A stretch of 35,329 nt of DNA from a virus, in IMG/VR virus record IMGVR_UViG_3300022917_000007; one strand, 5' to 3'. Positions within the stretch are counted from its first letter, which is position 1. Each line of letters starts with the position of its first letter. The notes beneath the pieces are model-generated. The model saw only the letters and a list, made by a program, of their open reading frames with translations, was not told the DNA's origin and ran no database searches. Positions 30,138-35,329 of the stretch are shown in pieces. The position numbers and the translations under genes are program-made.

Positions 30138-30482
30138 CTAACGGGTCGCGCAATGATACTTGCTGCTCAGTCGATCCATGGCGGCCGAGAGCTCGCGAAC
30201 CGTGACGCTCGGCGCGGGGTTCTTCCGGTAAGCGTTCTGCGACAGAATGATCACCTCACACAACGCCTGCTCGGACTGCCTCTGATTTTCGCGCAACGCC
30301 TGCTCGGATTGGCGCTGATTCTCGCGCAGCGTGATCTCGGATCGGTGTTGATTTCGAGCTGACGCGTAGATCGAGCCGCCCGAGAACGTGGCTACGGTGA
30401 GGATCATGATCGCCCACCAGTACCAGCCGGGCCGAGCCTCTGCGACCTCCGCCCGCTGACGCTGCACTTCCTCTCCGGTCAC
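30138..30482 (-). CDS. N-terminally membrane-anchored protein with a tandem LRENQRQSEQA repeat
   Basis: 114-aa ORF with GTG 30482-30480. TM segment WYWWAIMILTVATFSGGSIY, followed by an 11-aa repeat present twice. Confidence 0.7.
   Translation of the reverse strand: MTGEEVQRQRAEVAEARPGWYWWAIMILTVATFSGGSIYASARNQHRSEITLRENQRQSEQALRENQRQSEQALCEVIILSQNAYRKNPAPSVTVRELSAAMDRLSSKYHCATR
30261..30326. repeat. Tandem 33-bp repeat, two copies (~27/33 identical), in frame
   Basis: caacgcctgctcggactgcctctgattttcgcg (30261-30293) and caacgcctgctcggattggcgctgattctcgcg (30294-30326). Confidence 0.85.
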
Positions 30483-30501
30483 AGGCCACCCCGGGAGGTG
30501 A

Positions 30502-30768
30502 TCACGATTGCGGCGGCGCCGACGAGACTCCCGGCGCTGAGAGCGATGACGGTGACTCGGTAGGCGAATCCTGCCCGGTCGCCCGCATGGCCCACGCTGC
30601 CAGCGCTCCCGGCACCAGCGCGATCACGATCCCGCCGGAGAACACCATCGGGATGAAGGGATCCGCGACCGTCCCCTGCCAGAGAATCAGAAACCACCCC
30701 GCCAGGAACGAAAACGTATCCCGGGAAAGTACCTTCCGTGAAGGGCCGCGCCGCTCGCCTCTGGTCAC
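30502..30768 (-). CDS. Membrane protein (two TM segments)
   Basis: 88-aa frame with GTG 30768-30766, 5 nt after GGAAAGGCGGAG. FSFLAGWFLILW and IPMVFSGGIVIALVPGALAAWA. This frame has far better third-position G/C than the overlapping 30479..30787 frame over most of its length. Confidence 0.6.
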   Translation of the reverse strand: MTRGERRGPSRKVLSRDTFSFLAGWFLILWQGTVADPFIPMVFSGGIVIALVPGALAAWAMRATGQDSPTESPSSLSAPGVSSAPPQS

Positions 30769-30864
30769 TCATGCTCCGCCTTTCCAATCCCCGGCACGGA
30801 CGAGCCCGGTCTATGACGTCCGGCGGGGGCTAGGCCGGTCGCGTTTATTTGGGTGAGGCTATGC

Positions 30865-31245
30865 CTAAAGCACACCATTTGCTAATAGGACAATTACGCC
30901 AATCAGCGCAACGGCCGCAGCAATTCCGGCATACACGCGGGTGACGAGTTGTCGTGCTCCGGCGCGCTCACTCTCCAGCGATTGCACCCTGATGACGACG
31001 GCATTGATCAGCTTCTCTTGTGCCTCGAGTTGCTCCGTCGTGGCGACGCCGGTCCGCAGCTCGTTGAGCAGGGTAAGCCGATCGTTGACGCTGAGTTCCG
31101 CCTTCTCGACGCCCTCTTTGATCGACATGCGGGCCGCTTCGAGTGCCTGATTCTGCGCGTCGAAACGCTGCTGATAGCGCAGATCCCGTTCGTCGGAGAG
31201 GTCACGGGCGTGCGCAATCGCGTTCCACAGCGCCCGGGAGAGCAT
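30865..31245 (-). CDS. Coiled-coil protein with a C-terminal membrane anchor
   Basis: 126 aa from ATG 31245-31243 (MLSRALWNAI...). Heptad-like central region and a C-terminal TM segment (VYAGIAAAVALIGVIVLLA). Confidence 0.7.
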   Translation of the reverse strand: MLSRALWNAIAHARDLSDERDLRYQQRFDAQNQALEAARMSIKEGVEKAELSVNDRLTLLNELRTGVATTEQLEAQEKLINAVVIRVQSLESERAGARQLVTRVYAGIAAAVALIGVIVLLANGVL

Positions 31246-31252
31246 CAGCCGG

Positions 31253-31993
31253 TCAGTCCTGCGCCCGGCGCGCCGCGTCGTCGTTGACCGCCTTGACCAG
31301 CGCCGGCACGTCCACGCCACCAACGGAGATCTTGTCTACCTTGGCGCTCAGCGCCTCGATTGCCCTGCCCTGTGCGGCCAGCACGGCAGTCAACGCCGAG
31401 AAGCGCGCGGCGATCTTGGCATCGATCACGGTGGACAGGCGGTTGCGCTCGGAGTCGGACAGGTTATCCAGAGAGTTGCGGAATTCCACCCGGACCGCGT
31501 CCGCGATGCTCGCTTCGTTCATAGTCAGCTCTCCCAGCTTGAAATCGAACGTGATGTTGCGGTCGGCCACTTCGGTGTACGCGCCCTCGAAGTGAGCGTG
31601 CTCAGTGTGCGGTGACGGGCCGTCGTACGGGATGCCCTCGAACCCCTCGCGCTCGTGGTACATCGTCCGGTTGTAGATGATGAACCGGAGCACGCCGGCC
31701 ACACCGGGCAGTTTCCGGATGTGATCGACAGCGTGCTGCATAGTCACACCGTCGGGCGACCTGAGGTCGTCGTCAGCGTCCCACGCGCGTATGTCCGGCG
31801 TGCTGTCCGCGTCGCCCGACCACGACGGCTTACCAGCGTTACCGGGCGAGTCGTCGGGGTTGTGGCCGGACGTGCCGGCCTGGTGGGCGGCATCGCCGAT
31901 CGTGCCGTCACTGGCCCGATCGCGGTTCGGAAACGCTTCGTCGAACTGTCCGCGAAGGTTGGCCAGCCCTGGCGTGAGCTTCGGCGCGGTCAT
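31253..31993 (-). CDS. Putative endolysin (LAS-type zinc peptidase-like motifs) with a coiled-coil C-terminal part
   Basis: 246 aa from ATG 31993-31991 (ATGA overlap with the fibre gene stop). SDGTIGDAAHQAGTSGHNPDD and HTEHAHFE provide H-x3-D and H-x-H motifs. Lies between the tail fibre genes and the membrane-protein cluster. The family assignment is tentative. Confidence 0.45.
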   Translation of the reverse strand: MTAPKLTPGLANLRGQFDEAFPNRDRASDGTIGDAAHQAGTSGHNPDDSPGNAGKPSWSGDADSTPDIRAWDADDDLRSPDGVTMQHAVDHIRKLPGVAGVLRFIIYNRTMYHEREGFEGIPYDGPSPHTEHAHFEGAYTEVADRNITFDFKLGELTMNEASIADAVRVEFRNSLDNLSDSERNRLSTVIDAKIAARFSALTAVLAAQGRAIEALSAKVDKISVGGVDVPALVKAVNDDAARRAQD

Positions 31994-32784
31994 CAGACAT
32001 CCTCGTAGTACGTGACCACGATGCAGACGCCAGACGCGCCATTGCCACCATTGACGCCGGTCAGGCTGGCCGAGATCGCCGCGCCCGAGCCGCCGCTGCC
32101 GTACGTCGAGCCGTTCTGGCCAGCCGCGCCGACCGCGCCGTACGGGCTGCCGGACATCATGCTCAGTCCGCCGTCGCCACCGCGCTGCGCGCCGACCGTG
32201 CTGGCGAAGCCAAGCCCGGTCCCGCCGCAGCCGCCACGCACCCGGATGTGCCCACCCGTGCCACCGGATCCGCCGGCGCGTAGCGTGGTGTTGGAGGTGA
32301 ACTGCGAGGTGCCAGCGGCGCGCGTGCCGCCTCCTCCGCCACCGTTGGCGGTCAGGCTGCTGCCGAATGACGAGGTCGATCCGGCATTGCCCGCACCCGT
32401 ACCGCCCGTGCCGCCGGCGCCGATGGTGACGGCCACCGTGCTGCCGAAGTCGGATGCATCGAACCATCCCTCGGCGTACTCCCCACCTCCCCCGCCATCA
32501 CCGAACGCCCATTGCCCGGCGCTCGTCGTGCTGGCTCCGCCGCCGGCGCCGCCCCCGCCAGCCACGCGCACCCACACGCGCTTTGCGCCAGACGGCTTGG
32601 TCCACGTGCCCGACGATGTGAACACGGCCTCGTCGGGCGCTCGGGCGAGCAGGCGAAGATCATCCTCAACGTCACCGAGCGCGGTATCGACCGCCTGCGC
32701 GAGATCTTCGCCGAGCGACGGGCCGTCGGGCGCGTCGGTGCCTTCCTGGTACGGCAGCCCGTACCGGGTAGTTGCGTCAGCCAT
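31993..32784 (-). CDS. Glycine-rich minor tail / tail fibre protein
   Basis: 263-aa ORF with ATG 32784-32782 after GGGGAAAGGGGA. FTSSGTWTKPSGAKRVWVRVAGGGGAGGG followed by long GGxGG tracts, as in actinophage glycine-rich minor tail proteins. Confidence 0.8.
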   Translation of the reverse strand: MADATTRYGLPYQEGTDAPDGPSLGEDLAQAVDTALGDVEDDLRLLARAPDEAVFTSSGTWTKPSGAKRVWVRVAGGGGAGGGASTTSAGQWAFGDGGGGGEYAEGWFDASDFGSTVAVTIGAGGTGGTGAGNAGSTSSFGSSLTANGGGGGGTRAAGTSQFTSNTTLRAGGSGGTGGHIRVRGGCGGTGLGFASTVGAQRGGDGGLSMMSGSPYGAVGAAGQNGSTYGSGGSGAAISASLTGVNGGNGASGVCIVVTYYEDV

Positions 32785-32799
32785 GATGTCCCCTTTCCC

Positions 32800-33537
32800 C
32801 TACAGAGCAAAAACGGCGATCTCGCGCGCCTGGAAATTGACCGCCTCGCTCGGGATCTCGGTGTCGTTCTTGTACTTCATCGTGAACGTATTGTCTCCGG
32901 GGTTCAGGCCCGTGAACAAATGGAACACCGCGGACTGAATCCAAAACGAGCTGAGCGCCTCACCGAGGAATCCGGTAGCAGGGTGTCGGAGATTGAAGTT
33001 CAGCGCGTTGTCCGCGGTCGCCGCGACCGTGGTGGCGCCGGATACCGCAACGCTCACGTGCGGCGTGTTCAGCTCCATGTAATCCACGGTCTGACCGATC
33101 TCGGCTGACCAGAACGCAAGCGCGCGTCCGCTCGCCCCGATCTTCATCGTTACGGACGGGCCGACGCCGGAGCCGGTCAGGTCCGTGAACGCTGTGGAGG
33201 TGGTCGAGCCGCCGGAGATGTCGGACGCTGCCTGAATGCGATCCGTGATCGCCCTGATCGAGGTGACTGCCTGGTCGGATCCCGGGATGGTGAAGCGTCC
33301 GAGGATTCCCCACGTCGAGCCCGACACAAGGATGCCGACCACGTCACCTTCGGTCAGAATGGCCGCCTCGCTCGTGTTCAGCACAGGGAGATTGACGAGC
33401 AGCGATCCGCCCACGTTGACGATGTTCTCCGCGGTCTGCGAATCCCACGAGACAATCACTCCCTGACGGAATGTGACGCCCTTCCCGTTACCCTCCGGAG
33501 CGGTAAACAGCGGGACAAGATCAGACGTACCGGGCAT
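32800..33537 (-). CDS. Minor tail protein (by position)
   Basis: 245-aa beta-rich ORF with ATG 33537-33535, between the large DUF5047-like tail protein and the glycine-rich fibre. Confidence 0.6.
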   Translation of the reverse strand: MPGTSDLVPLFTAPEGNGKGVTFRQGVIVSWDSQTAENIVNVGGSLLVNLPVLNTSEAAILTEGDVVGILVSGSTWGILGRFTIPGSDQAVTSIRAITDRIQAASDISGGSTTSTAFTDLTGSGVGPSVTMKIGASGRALAFWSAEIGQTVDYMELNTPHVSVAVSGATTVAATADNALNFNLRHPATGFLGEALSSFWIQSAVFHLFTGLNPGDNTFTMKYKNDTEIPSEAVNFQAREIAVFAL

Positions 33538-33541
33538 GTGA

Positions 33542-35329
33542 TCAGCTCGTTTCGATCACGACAAGGGTCTGCTCGCGGGTCGTACCGCGCATCGCCTCGT
33601 CTGCGGTCAGGGGCACCGACAACGAGTCAAGCACGTGCAGCTCGCCCCCGCGAATCAGCGACCGTGGCACGGTGCGCGCCCGGAAGTTGTCCACCCACCA
33701 TTGCGGCCCGGCGTTTGAGTTGGCGCCGACTCGCCACCACCACAGACCGAAGCGGTTCTCGGTCGAGCCGGACAGGCGAGCGTCGTCGTAAACGAACGAC
33801 CACGCGTTCGGCTCGGGGTCCGTGGACGGCCACGCCTTAAAGTAGATCGAGCTGCCCCGGGAGACGCACAGGGTGTCCCACCACTGACCGGCCGAGTAGG
33901 TATCGAAGTCGTTGATCACAACCGGTGTGACTACGGCCGAGCTGTCTCCCAGCTTGAGCGTGACCGTACCGCCGGCGTTGAATTCGAGCCGAGCCGCGTA
34001 GTGATCGGTGCCGCTCGTGTACCGGACAACGAGCGCGTGAATGAGTGACCCCGCGACGGCCACGCTGGGCACCTGCACCTGACTGCGCAGCTCGACATCG
34101 GGTCGGCCGATCGACGCCGGCTTGAGCAGGAACTCGGCGATGTTCGAACCGTTCGTCTTGCGCAACGTTCCCGTGGTCACCGAGAACGCCGTGCTCGATC
34201 CGGCACCGCCGATCGACCATGCGATCCCGTCTTCGCCCGGGCCAACCCCGTTGACGACCGTGCGCGAGAACGAGTCGCCCGCGAGGATGGTCGGCACGAT
34301 CGGAACGGGGGCGCCTTCAATCCCCACCGCGATCGGGTCGAGCGGCTCCAGCGCGGGATTCGGCACCGCGGTGAAGTTCACGTTGTACGGCAGCCCGAGC
34401 GACCGCCGCAGCACGGTGCCCGCGGCCAGTTGCGCTTGGGCGGTCGTGGTCAGCAGCGGCGACGAGAACTCGCGCGGCACGCGACCGAACGGCCCGCCCC
34501 ACCGCGTGGGCGAGTTGGGATTGTTGTCGACAGCCAGCGCCCGAGCCGGTGTCCCGGTGTCCAGCGCCTCGCCCGTGGCCACCACGCCGTTGTAGACGCC
34601 CGAACGGCTCAGGGAGCGCCCCGCGGACACGAGCACGCCTTCACGGCCGCGAGCGACCGCCCAGACCGGCAGATTAGGGTTCGGGGGTGTCCGGACGATC
34701 AGCACGCCGCGGTGGTCGAAGTAGGCGATCTTGCCGAGCCCGGTCACGAGCTCGTTGACGAACGCGTACCGGTCGCTCTCCACGGGCACGCTGCGGCCGA
34801 TCGGCCCGAGCGCCAAGGGGATGTCATCCCACTCGATGATCACGCCGGGAATCGCTTCGGACACGAGATCGTAGAGCACGTCGCTGTACGCCTCGCTGGC
34901 CGCGTACTGGCGCGGCTCGGTCAGCTTGGAGTCGACCACGTTGGCCATGCGATCCGAGCCCGAGATGCGGATCGGGCCGGCCGGCGCTTCCGACTGCTCG
35001 ACGTCATCGATCCGGAAGTAACCGAGCGAGACGTACTCGATGCTGCCCCCGCCAAACGCAACGCCTCGCTCAACGAAGAGCTCGATTGCGCCGTACGGGG
35101 TCAACGTGTCGCTCGACCCGTTCGGCCAGAGCGGCTCGCCGGTTGCCTGGTCGACTGCGGAGATCTCGACCTCGATAGTCGAGCGGATCGCGGCGGCGCC
35201 ATCGAGCGAGACGTCTCCGCTGATGATGTCGAGCAGTACGCCACCCGTCGGGCTCGTGCCGATCTGCCCGCGGGCGACCGCGCGCAGCCGGCTGGCGATG
35301 TTGTGCGAGCCCGCGATCGCGGCCAAGAA
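33542..35329 (-). CDS. Large tail (hub/tip) protein, DUF5047-like N terminus. The gene runs across the contig junction, with its start at 148 in the wrapped copy.
   Basis: The ORF is open to the window edge. The wrapped N terminus VRPVSENFLAAIAGSHNIASRLRAV resembles the typical start of DUF5047 prophage tail proteins of actinobacteria. About 602 aa in total, following the distal tail gene in circular order. Confidence 0.7.
   Translation of the reverse strand, partial: FLAAIAGSHNIASRLRAVARGQIGTSPTGGVLLDIISGDVSLDGAAAIRSTIEVEISAVDQATGEPLWPNGSSDTLTPYGAIELFVERGVAFGGGSIEYVSLGYFRIDDVEQSEAPAGPIRISGSDRMANVVDSKLTEPRQYAASEAYSDVLYDLVSEAIPGVIIEWDDIPLALGPIGRSVPVESDRYAFVNELVTGLGKIAYFDHRGVLIVRTPPNPNLPVWAVARGREGVLVSAGRSLSRSGVYNGVVATGEALDTGTPARALAVDNNPNSPTRWGGPFGRVPREFSSPLLTTTAQAQLAAGTVLRRSLGLPYNVNFTAVPNPALEPLDPIAVGIEGAPVPIVPTILAGDSFSRTVVNGVGPGEDGIAWSIGGAGSSTAFSVTTGTLRKTNGSNIAEFLLKPASIGRPDVELRSQVQVPSVAVAGSLIHALVVRYTSGTDHYAARLEFNAGGTVTLKLGDSSAVVTPVVINDFDTYSAGQWWDTLCVSRGSSIYFKAWPSTDPEPNAWSFVYDDARLSGSTENRFGLWWWRVGANSNAGPQWWVDNFRARTVPRSLIRGGELHVLDSLSVPLTADEAMRGTTREQTLVVIETS
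35203..35329. repeat. Terminal direct repeat, exact copy of 1..127
   Basis: Read directly; identical to the first 127 bases. Confidence 0.95.

Noticed and set aside
30861-30889. Possible fifth copy of the 23-bp element (minus strand CCTATTAGCAAATGGTGTGCTTTAGGCAT)
   Set aside because: The half-site spacing is 3 nt longer, the -10-like box does not fit TAnnnT, and it lies within the last codons of gene 30865..31245. This is probably chance similarity.
31253-32467. 404-aa version of the putative lysin ORF, extending upstream through the glycine-rich fibre gene
   Set aside because: The extension is an Arg/Gly/Trp-rich alternative frame of the fibre gene. An ATG at 31993 with an ATGA overlap to the fibre stop gives a sensible 246-aa protein.
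1-35329. CRISPR arrays, rRNA genes, transposases/IS elements, toxin-antitoxin pairs
   Set aside because: I saw no regularly spaced repeat-spacer arrays, no rRNA-like conserved stretches, no transposase-like ORFs with terminal inverted repeats, and no HicA partner for the HicB-like ORF.

Overview
This window looks like a complete high-G+C tailed-phage genome of the actinobacterial siphovirus type, captured as a circular or terminally redundant contig. Bases 1-127 are identical to 35203-35329, so the unique length is about 35.2 kb, and one tail gene spans the junction.

Nearly all genes lie on the minus strand in one long series, much of it linked by ATGA or GTGA start/stop overlaps. In transcription order:
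- Early and replication genes: RHH-like regulator (22761-23027), primase-polymerase/SF3 helicase, an AT-rich ori-like gap (19913-20117), membrane proteins, a Zn-ribbon protein, a DUF2493/SLOG-like protein, an SF2 helicase, small unknowns, an HTH protein and an HNH endonuclease.
- Head genes: TerS, two tiny coupled ORFs, TerL, a HicB-like/TM protein, portal, prohead protease, a Stealth-like transferase and an HK97-type capsid protein.
- Neck and tail genes: adaptor, neck genes, tail tube, a G/GT chaperone with a CCCCCCG -1 slip site, an HK97-gp10-like gene, tape measure and distal tail protein.
- After the junction: a DUF5047-like tail protein, a minor tail protein, a glycine-rich fibre, a putative lysin with four membrane proteins, a secreted crystallin/I36-like protein and a beta-rich orphan.

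A 5-kb plus-strand operon (23090-28140) diverges from the RHH gene. It encodes a membrane protein, three unknowns, a PD-(D/E)XK exonuclease, a tRNA-like element, a PQ-rich protein and a RusA fusion. Both transcription directions converge on a hairpin at 28153-28186.

I saw no integrase, CI-type repressor, CRISPR array or rRNA.

The most interesting signals are:
- a conserved 23-bp bipartite element (CTAwTAGG-N5-TGwTAGGwT) at four operon boundaries, plus a divergent leaderless promoter pair;
- a non-canonical tRNA-like element;
- a sugar-transferase gene inside the capsid module;
- a DUF4082-like/repeat/neck-protein fusion;
- an AT-rich palindromic island inside an ORF near the packaging genes.

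All functional calls come from motif and synteny recognition by eye and need HMM or BLAST confirmation. ORF-track 'M' starts are often GTG or TTG; I checked the start codons in the sequence for the starts where a codon is quoted.
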